DNA of 64,000 nt from contig CP086569.2 in assembly GCA_009914755.4 (NCBI GenBank), forward strand, positions 4,576,001-4,640,000, in the 5' to 3' direction. The notes under the pieces are model-generated. The model was given only the letters and a program-made list of their open reading frames with translations, ran no database searches and was not told where the DNA came from. Shown here piece after piece: positions 43,069 through 58,455 of the stretch. The DNA is from the human T2T-CHM13v2.0 reference genome, Homo sapiens. The stretch's first letter is position 1. Each line of letters begins with the position of its first letter. The position numbers and the translations under genes were made by a program.

Positions 43069-43829
43069 GTAAAGATAGTATTTGCCAGAAAATTCAGTTG
43101 AAACATTTGTTCAATGTTTACAATAAATATCTACAGGTATCATCCTGGGGACTTTTTAAATAAAAATTGAATAAAAATTCTCCAAGTATAGCTCAAAAGA
43201 AGGCTTACTATATTCATGGTTTAGTAATTAATCAGGATATTCATATCCTAAATTCCCATGTCAAGTTAATCTTCACACTTTTTTTTTAATAATCAAAAGT
43301 ATAAAGATTATATTTTTCTCCCAAAAAAAGGCCTTTAAAGGAAATGACCTGGTTTATATATTACTCAGGACATTTGAGGTATTTCTTTTCTTCTTTTGAG
43401 AAATCAGGAGCAGATTTCAATGTTGGCAGAAATACATAAGCCCAATGGCTTAATGCCTCATTTACTTCCAATATCAAATATGTCCTAGTATGAAAAGCAA
43501 AGAAGTTAGAAGATTTTACTATATTAAAAGGAACAAATTATTTATTTTTCCCAAGGCAGACTCAGCCAAAATGTAATAGACTAAGAACATCAATCAAGTA
43601 TCTTAATATAGATTCAACCAAAGGCCAAGAAAGGTTAAAAAGGGGTGGGGGGGTGTAATATGTATAATACTCTATATCTAAGGAGTCCTAAAACCTTTAA
43701 TAGAAGTTGAGTTTTAGAAACAATTTATCAGATAAATGTTCAACCAGAAGTTACTACTGATTTAGTATTAACTCTACTAAAAAATATTCATCATTTTATG
43801 TGCCAAGTACTCTACTAACGGCTTTGCAT

Positions 43830-43910
43830 TTATTAACTCATTTAATCCTTATACAAACCCTATGTAGTAATTACTGTTATCCTCGGTTTACAGATGAGAA
43901 TGATACTAAA
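43830..43910 (-). mobile_element. MIR fragment
   Basis: ctcatttaatccttatacaaaccctatgtagtaattactgttatcctcggtttacagatgagaatgatactaa matches antisense MIR (ctcatttaatcctcacaacaaccctatgaggtaggtactattattatccccattttacagatgaggaaactgagg). Confidence 0.5.
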
Positions 43911-45056
43911 AGCAGTCTGCTTATTGCCATAATGCATGATAGATGAAAGAATGCCTATTTAGGAATTCTGAAATATAATACTTACTAATTGTTACCATTC
44001 TCCAGGTCATTCATGTTCCCAAATGAGAAAATTTAAATAAAAAATATTCAAATCCTCATACTCAATGAACCCACTCTTTACCTTTACTTGGACCTCAAAT
44101 TGCTCAAAAACATCCACTTCATTCTTTACATTAGCACATATGAATTCTACAAATTAAATACTGTAGTTACCAATTTTAGTGCTGACTAGTACTTAAGATG
44201 CTTTTTTTTTTAACAACAGTTTCCTGTTGTGCTTATAACATTTGTCCCAATTTTCGTTTTTATTCCCACTGCTACCACTCTGGGCAAGGTCTTTAATTGA
44301 ATGGCCTCAAAAATGATCTTCCTGCATCTAGTCTCTTGCGTGTTACAATTTCTTCATTCAACAAATACTATTTGATATAAATTGACCCCTTACTATTACG
44401 CATGGCACATAGTAAGGTGTCAATTTATATTTGTTTAATGAAGTGTTAAACCAAAGAGACAATGATTCTTGATCTTATAGCCCTTATACCCTACCATGTC
44501 TCTAAACAAAAACGTAAAATGTCTCCCATTGTTTTTGAGACAATTTCAAACTCTACAAATTTGCATTTAAGATACTTCACAAACTATTTTTACATATATC
44601 TATTTCAATACTATCCAACACAAACTCTCTAATATAACCAGGAAATATCCTCATTATCCTTCAATATGAAATATCCATTCCCAAATCTGCACCATTTATT
44701 AGAATGTTTCCTCCACGTGAATTTTCTTCACTGTCTTCTTCATGATTACAAAGACCTATTCATCACCCTTTCAGTAAGAGATTATATCTCTGCCCTGTCA
44801 AAAAAAGTTTCCAATTTTCTCCAGCTAATATCTTTCTTCTCTGAACTGCTCTGAACTTAGAATTTACATTAGTGTTTACAAATTTTGGCAACAAAGAGTA
44901 TCAAGGAACACTGAGAGCACATCATAGCATATTTAAGATCAAATTATGACTGCAACCCTTCCATTTAAGGGAAGACCCCCAAAAGATTGCATAGCATAGA
45001 AATAGATGCAAGGTACCAGTAAGATTCAATTTCTTAGGTTTTAAGATGTGTTCATT

Positions 45057-46068
45057 AGGAGGGCTGGCAAGATGGCCAAATAGGAACAGCTCTGGTCTGC
45101 AGCTCCCAGCGAGATCAACCCAGAAGGACGGTGATTTCTGCATTTCCAACTGAGGTACCTATCTCGTCTCATTGGGACTGGTTAGAAAGTGGGTGCAGCC
45201 CACGGAGAAAGAGCTGAAGCAGGGTGTGCTGTCGCCTAACCCGTGAAGTGCAATGGGTCAGAGAACTCCCTCCCCTAGCCAAGGGAAGCCATGAGGGACT
45301 GTGCCATGAGGAACTGTGCATTCCAGCCCAGATATTACAATGAGATACAGTCTCATTCCAGTTAGAATGGTGATCATGAAAAAGTAAGGAAACAACAGAT
45401 GCTGGAGAGGATGTGGAGAAATAGGAATGCTTTTACACTGTTGGGGGGAGTGTAAATTAGTTCAACCATTGTGGAAGACAGTGTGACGATTCCTCAAGGA
45501 ACTAGAACCAGAAATACCATTTGACCCAGCCATCCCATTACTGGATATATACCCAAAGGATTATAAATCATGCTGCTATAAAGACACATGCACACATATG
45601 TTTATTGTGGCACTATTCACAATAGCAAAGACTTGGAATGAACCCAAATGTCCATCAACGATAGACTAGAAAAAGAAAATGTGGCATATATACACCATGG
45701 AATGCTATGCGGCCAATAAAAACGGATGAGTTCATGTTTTTTGCAGAGACATGTCTGAAGCTGGAAACCATCACCCTTAGCAAACTAACACAGGAACAGA
45801 AAGCCACACACTGCATGTTCTCACTCATAAGTGGGAGTTGAACAATAAGAACACATGGACACAGGGAGGGAAAAATCACACACAAGGGCCTGTCAGGGGG
45901 TGGGGGGCAAGGAGAGGGAGAGCATTAGGACAAATACCTAATGCATGTGGGGCTTAAAACCTAGATGACAGGTTGATAGGTGCAGCAAACCACCATGGCA
46001 CATGTATACCTATGTAACAAACTTGCACGTTCTGCACATGTATCCTAGAACTTAAAGTTTTAAAAAAT
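45057..46068 (+). mobile_element. L1PA (mid-age) with a ~5-kb internal deletion: the first ~285 bp of 5'UTR fused to the last ~730 bp (ORF2 C-terminus plus 3'UTR)
   Basis: 5' start ggagggctggcaagatggccaaataggaacagctctggtctgcagctcccagcgagatc.... Junction at ~45343 (..cattccagcccagatattacaatgagatacagtctcattccagttagaatgg). 3' end ..catgtatcctagaacttaaagttttaaaaaat. Confidence 0.8.
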
Positions 46069-47240
46069 AGACAAATAGCACTATATTAAACTAAAAAGCT
46101 TCTGCACAGTAAATGAAACAATCAAAGAATAAAGAGATAACCTTTGAATGGGACAAAATATTTGCAAACTACTCATACAATAAGGGAATAAAATCTGGAA
46201 TATACCAGGAAATCAAACAACTCAACAATAAAGAAATAATAATCCTTTTTAAGTGGGCAAACCAAATAACTAGGCAATTCTCAAAAGAAGACATACAAAT
46301 GGCCAATAGGCATGTGAAAAATGCTCATTGTCACTAATCAGAGAAATGCAAACCAAAACCACAATGAGATATCGTGTTACCTTCGTTAGAATGGCTTCTA
46401 TTAAAATGACAAAAAGTAACACATATTGGCATGGATATGGAGAAAAGGGAACTCTATACGCTGCTGTATGGAATGTAAATTAATGCAGCCACTATGAAAA
46501 GAGTATGGACATTTCTCAAAAAACTGAAAATAGAACTACTACATGATATACCAATCCCACTATTGGGTATTTATCCCAAGGAAAGTATATCAATGTATCA
46601 AATGAATACCTGCATACACATGTTTATTGCAACACTATTCTCAATTGCAAAGATATGGAATAAACTTAAGTTTCCATCAATGGATTCATTGAGAAAGAAA
46701 ATGTGGTACATACATCATAGAATAATTTTTAGCCATAAAAAGAGTGAAACTGTGTGATTTTCAGAAATGGATGGAACTGGAGGTCATTATGTTAAATTAA
46801 ATAACACAGACACAGAAAGACAAATATTGCATGATCTCACACATGTGTGGGATCTAAGGAACTTGATCTCATGGAGATAGAGAATAGAATGATAGATACC
46901 AGAGTCAGGAAAAAGTATCAGGGTGTGAGGGGAAAAGGAAGAGTGGTTAGTGAATGGGTACAAATTTACAGTTAGGTAGAAAAAGTACATTTTAATGTTT
47001 GATAGCAGACTAGGGTGACTACACTTAGCAACGATATATTTTATATTTCAAAATAGCAAGAAAAGAGGACTAGAAATGTTACCAACACATGGAAATTATG
47101 AATACTCAAGGTGATGGACACTCCAAATACCTTGACTTCATCATTACCCATTCTATGCATGTAAAAAATACTAATATGTGCCCCATGAATATGTAAAATA
47201 TTATACATCAATAAAATAATAACTACAAAATGTAATATGA
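46062..47240 (+). mobile_element. Ancient L1M (L1MA/L1MB-like) ORF2 C-terminus plus 3'UTR fragment
   Basis: aaaatagacaaat...ctaaaaagcttctgcacagtaaatgaaacaatcaa...gaaatgcaaaccaaaaccacaatgagatatcg...catcaataaaataataactacaaaatg. Confidence 0.7.
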
Positions 47241-47249
47241 GTTACTTTT

Positions 47250-48195
47250 TTTGTAGATATATAAAATGTTATTCTAAAATTCATATGAAATATCAAAGGA
47301 CCCCTGTAGCCAAAACAACTTGGAAAAAACCAAGTTTAGTGGCTTCATGCACTTCCTGATTTCAAAACTTACTACAAACCCATGGTAATCATAACAGTGT
47401 GGTAATGGTATAAAGACAGATACATAGGCCAGTAGAATAGAATAAAGAGCCCAGAAACAAACCCTCACATAAATGTCAGGAAACACACAACCTCGATTTT
47501 ATTACACATTTTTCATTCATTACACACATATTAATATTTATACATTACCTCACATTATCACAATGATTTTCTACAAGGATATCATGACCATTTAATGGGG
47601 AAAGGACAATTTCTTTGACAAATGGTTTTGGGAAAACTGGATATCCACAGAACACATGCAAAAAGAAATTGGGCCCTTACCTTACACCATGTACAAAAAT
47701 TAACTCCAAATTGATCAGAGACCTAAACATAAAAGTTAAAACTAGAAAACTCTTAGAAAAAAAGAAGAAAACTTTAATGACCTTGAGTCTGGCAATGATT
47801 TCTTGTATAAAATACCAAAGGACAGGGAACAACGGAAAAAACTAGTTAAGTTGGACTCCATCAAAATTAAAAACTTTTTATATATTAAAGAATGCTGGTA
47901 AAAATGTGAAAAGGCAGTCTGTGGGATGGAAAAAATACTTGCAAATTTAATATATGATAAGAGATTGATATCTACAATACATAAAGAATTTCTGTAACTG
48001 GACAACAACAAAAAACAATCAACCCAATTAAGAATTGGACAAAGGACTCAAACATATCTCCAACATATATATATTCAAATGATTAATAAGCGCATGAAAA
48101 GATTCTTACTGTCCCTAGTCACTAGGGAAAAGCAAATCAAAACAAAATGAGATATCACTTCACTCTGTTAAGATGCCTACTGAAGAGCAAGGTGC
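47250..48195 (+). mobile_element. Ancient L1M ORF2 fragment
   Basis: aaattcatatgaaatatcaaaggacccctgtagccaaaacaacttggaaaaaaccaagtttagtggcttcatgcacttcctgatttcaaaacttactacaaa...ggaaaactggatatccaca.... Confidence 0.65.
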
Positions 48196-48198
48196 CTG

Positions 48199-48860
48199 GT
48201 TAAAAACCTATGTGTAATTTTTCAGGCCAGACTGTAGACAACAACCTGACAGGCATCACAGGGGAAAATTGCCCTCTCTACACCAGATTTAAGGCAGAGC
48301 CATTTTATTACAGTCTCTAGAGAGAGTTGCAATCAAGTTCTCAGCCTCTCTTGTCTAGTCATGCTCATCACATATGTACACTCCTAGCCCTGGTGCCTTC
48401 ATTCTTCAATCTCTTTGTCTGAGACCTTTTGCAAAGGTTCTCTTCAAGCCCTTCTGCCAAGGCCTCCTAATGGGAGTAAGGAGGAGAAAAATTTGAAAGC
48501 ACTTTTCCACTCTGACTCAGTACCCAGTTCTTTTCCACTTCTAGCTTTCCCTTTAAGCCCAGAGACATAAAACTGCTAGAGCCTTTCATTTGGGAGCTTT
48601 CTCAACAGTAAGATACATCCCACTTTTGTACTGATTCAAGTGACCCTTCATGAGTGCACCAGGGGAAATGGAACACAGTGTGTTTGCACTGTTTCTGGTT
48701 TTAGCTTCTTGCTTATACCATTGCAGTAAGCCATTAAAGGATTCACTCTTTCATTTTTGGCTTGCTGCTTTAATCAGATATTCCCCCATCTAACAGCTCA
48801 GCATGCACTCTCTCTCTCTCTCTCTCCTCTTTCTCCCTCTAGTTCAGCTGAATTCCTGAC
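48199..48860. mobile_element. Unidentified ~660-bp segment between two L1M pieces, beginning TGTG... and ending ...TGACA; a possible solo LTR
   Basis: tgtgtaatttttcaggccagactg...ctctctctctctctcctctttctccctctagttcagctgaattcctgaca. I do not recognise the family. L1M ORF2 sequence resumes at an overlapping position on either side. Confidence 0.25.
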
Positions 48861-49610
48861 ACCTGTTATCTAAGAAAAGAAAACAAAGAAAAAAGAAACA
48901 GAAAATAACGAGTGTTAGTGAAGCTGTGGTGAAATTGGAACACTCATGCATTGCTGGTGGTAGTGTAACATGGTACAAGTGCTATGGAAAATGGTATGGC
49001 AATTCCATATACAATTATTACCATATGATCCAGCAATCCCAATTCTGGGTATATACCCAGTATAAGTGAAAGCAGGGACTCAAATAGATATGTATACACC
49101 ATTTTCATAGCAGCATTATTCACCATAGTCAAAAGATAGAAAAAATCCAGTGTCAATCAACAGATTAATGGATAAATAAATGTGGTAGGTACATACAATG
49201 GACTATTATCTAACCACAAAATCAAATAAAATTCTGACACATCTGATGATATGGAGAAACCATAGAGACATTATGCTAAGTGGAGACATTAAGCCAGTCA
49301 CCAAAGTAAAAATATTGTATGGTTCCTGTAACATGAGCTTTCCAGAGTAGACAAATTCATAGAGATAGAAAGTAGAATAATGGCTACTAGGGGCTGGTGG
49401 TCAGGAGAATGGAGAATTATTGTTTAATAGGCACAGACATTTGGTTTCTGGTGATAAAAAATCCTGGAGAAAAATAGTGTGATGATTACACAAGAAGGTG
49501 AATATACTTAATGCCATTGACCCATACACTTAAAAATAATTAAAATAGTGATTTTTATGCTACGTATATCTTACCACAATAGAAAATAATAATAAAAAAA
49601 AACTTGGGAA
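48860..49610 (+). mobile_element. Ancient L1M ORF2 C-terminus plus 3' end with poly-A
   Basis: cacctgttatctaagaaaag...gtgttagtgaagctgtggtgaaattggaacactcatgcattgctggtgg...ccatatgatccagcaatcccaattctgggtatataccc...aaaataataataaaaaaaaa. Confidence 0.7.
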
Positions 49611-49689
49611 TACTTGGAGGTGAAAGATTAATAATGAAGAAAATAAAATAATAATGAAATAAATAAAATGATGAAGAAAGTAAGGATAT

Positions 49690-50090
49690 ACATGAAGACA
49701 AAAGACTGACAGCAAAGAAAATATCAAAGAAAATAAAAAACATTGCTGAAAGAAATTAAAAGCAATGTAAATAATTGGAATGCTAGCCATTGTTAATAGA
49801 TTCAAAAACTTACTATTGTTAACATATCAATACTCCCCAAAGCTATGCTTGGTTTCAATGTAATTCTTATAAAAATCTAAATGATAGTTTCTTCAGAAAT
49901 AGACAAACTCTTCCTAACACTCATATGGAGTCACAGGGAAACCCAAATAGCCAAAACAATCTTGAAACGTAAACATGGAAGTGACAGATTTATAAACTAA
50001 AAACAACAAAATATTGGTGAAAGAAAGAAGACCCAAGTAAATGAAAAGATATCCCATGTCTTTGTATATTTTGCCACAAAAAAATAATAT
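49690..50090 (+). mobile_element. Ancient L1M ORF2 fragment
   Basis: caatactccccaaagctatgcttggtttcaatgtaattcttataaaaatc...ctcatatggagtcacagggaaacccaaatagccaaaacaatcttgaaa. Confidence 0.55.
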
Positions 50091-50574
50091 TCAATATAAT
50101 GAAATACTGAAACTTACAGAATAAATTATGTTAATTATGATATGCTAATATGTGCTATGATTAAACACCAAAATATCATTTGTTTAAAGTCAGTAAAGTC
50201 TGTTTCTCCCTCATTACTACATGTTCTACAAGTCCATTGTTTAGATTGGAGAGAGGTGCTCTGCTTCACATAGTCCTCACTTAGGGACACAGTTTGACAC
50301 AGATTCTACTATCTGGACTGTTGCCACTTGCTTTGGGTGGTGGGAAATGGTATAAGGGAGAACAAGATACGTTTTTAAGAGCTTTACCTGGAAGTGACAC
50401 TCATTACTTTCACTCATATTTTATTGCCTGCTCAAGGTAATTCTCACAGCTACACCTATTTTCAAAGGGGAAGGGAGGTACAATTTTCGTTTGTATCCAG
50501 CAAGAGAGAAGAATGAGAAATACTGGTGAGCAGTGCTAACATCTTTCACCGTAGTTATTTATCAGTATTATTAT

Positions 50575-50995
50575 AATCACATGTCTTAATCCATTCATGC
50601 TGTTAAACTAGGATACCTGAGACTAGGTAATTCATAAAGAACAGAAATTTATTTTTCATTGCTCTGAAGCTTAGAAAGTTGGAGATCACGGCGCTGGCAA
50701 GTTTGGTCTTCTGTTGATAGCTGCTTTCTGTTCTCTGCTCCCAAGATGGTCCTTATTGTTGCATCCTCTGGATCGGGGAGAACACTGTGTCCTCACATGG
50801 CTGAAGGCAGAGGGGCAAGCACACCTAATGCTGCGTGAAGCCTCTTTTATAAGGGCCTTAATCTCTTTGGCCAGGTAAGTGCCCCCATGACCTAATCACT
50901 TTTTAAAGTCCCCATCTCTTAAAACTATTATATTGACAGAACCTGAATTTTGAAAGGGACACCTTCAAGCCATAGCACCACATTTACTCCACGTA
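50575..50995 (-). mobile_element. MLT1-type MaLR LTR, antisense
   Basis: ccattcatgctgttaaactaggatacctgagactaggtaattcataaagaacagaaatttattt...gcccccatgacctaatcact...ccttcaagccatagcaccaca. Confidence 0.6.
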
Positions 50996-51617
50996 AGCAT
51001 TTCATACACATAATCTCTCTTGAACCTCAGAATAAGTAATATTATTTTCACTGTACATATGAAGGTACTGTAGCTAATAAAGGTTAAACTGTTCAAAATT
51101 ATCACAGGAATAATAATAATGGAGCTTATCAATAATACTGTCAGTACCCATAGGGGAGATATTAAGAAACTCAGAGACAGGTCAGTATTTTTCACATCAT
51201 ACCACATAGGTAGCCATTCATTCATAAGGATGGGCCATATCATGAGTGAATATGGTCCAAATCATGAGTGAATAAAATGGGCTGGTAGGATGAGGTAGAC
51301 TAATGCTAGAAACATGGAAAATGTTCCTAAAGTGCAAATAGAGAAAAAAGGATGCTCTCTACTAATTATATACAATTTTCCACATGTTAATTTTAAGAAA
51401 ATACCACTACTGACTGAAAATTGGCTTGAAAAGGCTGACAGAACCAGGAATGCAGTTAGAAGGAGGACTGTTAAGGGTGATATTTCTCAGGTTAACAATG
51501 TCAGAATCCTCAAAACATATATGAGGGACGTAGAAACAAGAATTGACATTTTTATTGGAATATTCAAATATGGGTTTTAAAAATTATGTTAATTATGTTT
51601 CAGTGTTCTCCACTCAC

Positions 51618-51660
51618 AATCCTAATAGTAATCCTAATAATAATCCTAATAATAATCCTT
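51618..51660. repeat. Simple repeat (AATAATCCT)n, about 4.5 units
   Basis: aatcctaatagtaatcctaataataatcctaataataatcct. Confidence 0.8.
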
Positions 51661-52400
51661 TATTTCCACATCTAATATTCAACCTTACATCTATTTTGTA
51701 TGTGTATCAGTTTTATTTTATTAAAACTTTCTAGCCCTAAAATTGAACTTCATTTCCTAAAGTATTTCCTAAATGGAAAAAATGATCTATTTTTTCTAAT
51801 TCTAAAAAAAGTAAAACACCTAAGAAATGAATGCAAGTATCATAGGAGATATTGCTGTATCAACAAAACAGTAGTGGACACATTGTCATAAAGTCAGAGG
51901 CTTTTGTTACTCAAAATGATATTACACATGTAAACACCCATGTTCTTCTGACAAACTGCTAACAAAAAAGAAAAATAACCTTTCGTCAAATTCCCCATTA
52001 TGGGTAGATTAGCAGAAAACCATGTGTCTGAGTGACAGGCATTCATCCAAGAGCAATGCTATGACTGTTTTTATTTTGTTTATGTAACATTTTTACTCAA
52101 AATGTTTAATATTTTATATTACACTTTAGGAAAAATTAAAACATACTTTATTTGCTAAAGAAATGAATCATTCTAAATGGATATGTACAAACCAGAATAT
52201 TGCAGCTTTAAATTTTATCACTTTTTGTTTCTTAATATGTTTCTATGTTTCTATACCTTCTCCATATCAATAGAAAGTCCTAGTTTATATTCAGTCCTTT
52301 ATTCGTAGGTAAATTTGCTACACAAAGGCAAGAGTATGAAAAGAAAGTGTTGTCAGAGAGTGTGATAAGATGTAGGAAGTGTCAACACAAAGAGTCAAAC

Positions 52401-52410
52401 TCTAAAATAT
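52401..52410. repeat. Target-site duplication, left copy (TCTAAAATAT), of the full-length L1
   Basis: tctaaaatat sits just before the element's tail (52411-52430, seen on the plus strand as atatatat followed by poly-T) and recurs at 58446-58455, abutting the L1 5' end. Confidence 0.7.
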
Positions 52411-52635
52411 ATATATATTTTTTTTTTTTTATTATACTCTAAGTTTTAGGGTACATGTGCACATTGTGCAGGTTAGTTACATATGTATACATGTGCCATG
52501 CTGGTGCGCTGCACCCACTAATGTGTCATCTAGCATTAGGTATATCTCCCAATGCTATCCCTCCCCCCTCCCCCGACCCCACCACAGTCCCCAGAGTGTG
52601 ATATTCCCCTTCCTGTGTCCATGTGATCTCATTGT

Positions 52636-56459
<3,824 letters not shown>

Positions 56460-56522
56460 TATGATGTTAGCTGGTGATTTTCCTCATTAGTTGATGCAGT
56501 TTCTTCCTAGTCTCGATGGTCT

Positions 56523-57539
56523 TTACATTTTGGCATGATTTTGCAGCAGCTGGTACCGGTTGTTCCTTTCCATGTTTAGCGCTTCCTTCAGGAGCTCTTT
56601 TAGGGCAGGCCTGGTGGTGACAAAATCTCTCAGCATTTGCTTGTCTATAAAGTATTTTATTTCTCCTTCACTTATGAAGCTTAGTTTGGCTGGATATGAA
56701 ATTCTGGGTTGAAAATTCTTTTCTTTAAGAATGTTGAATATTGGCCCCCACTCTCTTCTGGCTTGTAGGGTTTCTGCCGAGAGATCCACTGTTAGTCTGA
56801 TGGGCTTTCCTTTGAGGGTAACCCGACCTTTCTCTCTGGCTGCCCTTAACATTTTTTCCTTCATTTCAACTTTGGTGAATCTGACAATTATGTGTCTTGG
56901 AGTTGCTCTTCTCGAGGAGTATCTTTGTGGCGTTCTCTGTATTTCCTGAATCTGAACATTGGCCTGCCTTGCTAGATTGGGGAAGTTCTCCTGGATAATA
57001 TCCTGCAGAGTGTTTTCCAACTTGGTTCCATTCTCCACATCACTTTCAGGTACACCAATCAGACGTAGATTTGGTCTTTTCACATAGTCCCATATTTCTT
57101 GGAGGCTTTGCTCATTTCTTTTTATTCTTTTTTCTCTAAACTTCCCTTCTCGCTTCATTTCATTCATTTCATCTTCCATTGCTGATACCCTTTCTTCCAG
57201 TTGATCGCATCGGCTCCTGAGGCTTCTGCATTCTTCACGTAGTTCTCGAGCCTTGGTTTTCAGCTCCATCAGCTCCTTTAAGCACTTCTCTGTATTGGTT
57301 ATTCTAGTTATACATTCTTCTAAATTTTTTTCAAAGTTTTCAACTTCTTTGCCTTTGGTTTGAATGTCCTCCCGTAGCTCAGAGTAATTTGATCGTCTGA
57401 AGCCTGCTTCTCTCAGCTCGTCAAAATCATTCTCCATCCAGCTTTGTTCTGTTGCTGGTGAGGAACTGCGTTCCTTTGGAGGAGGAGAGGCGCTCTGCGT
57501 TTTAGAGTTTCCAGTTTTTCTGTTCTGTTTTTTCCCCAT
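56523..57539 (-). CDS. L1 ORF1p, apparently intact at 338 aa
   Basis: MGKKQNRKTGNSKTQSASPPPKERSSSPATEQSWMENDFDELRE...RYQLLQNHAKM. Length and sequence are near-identical to human L1 ORF1p as I recall it, with 5 aa differences. Confidence 0.9.
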   Translation of the reverse strand: MGKKQNRKTGNSKTQSASPPPKERSSSPATEQSWMENDFDELREAGFRRSNYSELREDIQTKGKEVENFEKNLEECITRITNTEKCLKELMELKTKARELREECRSLRSRCDQLEERVSAMEDEMNEMKREGKFREKRIKRNEQSLQEIWDYVKRPNLRLIGVPESDVENGTKLENTLQDIIQENFPNLARQANVQIQEIQRTPQRYSSRRATPRHIIVRFTKVEMKEKMLRAAREKGRVTLKGKPIRLTVDLSAETLQARREWGPIFNILKEKNFQPRISYPAKLSFISEGEIKYFIDKQMLRDFVTTRPALKELLKEALNMERNNRYQLLQNHAKM

Positions 57540-58445
57540 CTTTGTGGTTTTATCTACTTTTGGTCTTTGATGATGGTGATGTACAGATGGGTTTTCGGTG
57601 TAGATGTCCTTTCTGGTTGTTAGTTTTCCTTCTAACAGACAGGACCCTCAGCTGCAGGTCTGTTGGAATACCCTGCCGTGTGAGGTGTCAGTGTGCCCCT
57701 GCTGGGGGATGCCTCCCAGTTAGGCTGCTCGGGGGTCAGGAGTCAGGGACCCACTTGAGGAGGCAGTCTGCCTGTTCTCAGATCTCCAGCTGCGTGCTGG
57801 GAGAACCACTGCTCTCTTCAAAGCTGTCAGACAGGGACACTTAAGTCTGCAGAGGTTACTGCTGTCTTTTTGTTTGTCTGTGCCCTGCCCCCAGAGGTGG
57901 AGCCTACAGAGGCAGGCAGGCCTCCTTGAGCTGTGGTGGGCTCCACCCAGTTGGAGCTTCCCGGCTGCTTTGTTTACCTAAGCAAGCCTGGGCAATGGCG
58001 GGCGCCCCTCCCCCAGCCTCGCTGCCGCCTTGCAGTTTGATCTCAGACTGCTGTGCTAGCAATCAGCGAGATTCCGTGGGCGTAGGACCCTCTGAGCCAG
58101 GTGTGGGATATAGTCTCGTGGTGCGCCGTTTCTTAAGCCGGTCTGAAAAGCGCAATATTCGGGTGGGAGTGACCCGATTTTCCAGGTGCGTCCGTCACCC
58201 CTTTCTTTGACTCGGAAAGGGAACTCCCTGACCCCTTGCGCTTCCCAGGTGAGGCAATGCCTCGCCCTGCTTCGGCTCGCGCACGGTGCGCACACACACT
58301 GGCCTGCGCCCACTGTCTGGCACTCCCTAGTGAGATGAACCCGGTACCTCAGATGGAAATGCAGAAATCACCCGTCTTCTGCGTCGCTCACCCTGGGAGC
58401 TGTAGACTGGAGCTGTTCCTATTCGGCCATCTTGGCTCCTCCCCC
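57540..58445 (-). promoter_or_regulatory. L1 5'UTR (~906 bp) holding the internal sense promoter (YY1 box ccaagatggccgaata at the 5' end) and the antisense promoter
   Basis: A complete CpG-rich 5'UTR is present, including the first nucleotides of the element. The functions follow from established L1 biology. Confidence 0.7.
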
Positions 58446-58455
58446 TCTAAAATAT
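58446..58455. repeat. Target-site duplication, right copy (TCTAAAATAT), of the full-length L1
   Basis: tctaaaatat recurs immediately after the L1 5' end (reverse complement ...ggccatcttggctcctccccc ends at 58445), matching 52401-52410. Confidence 0.7.
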
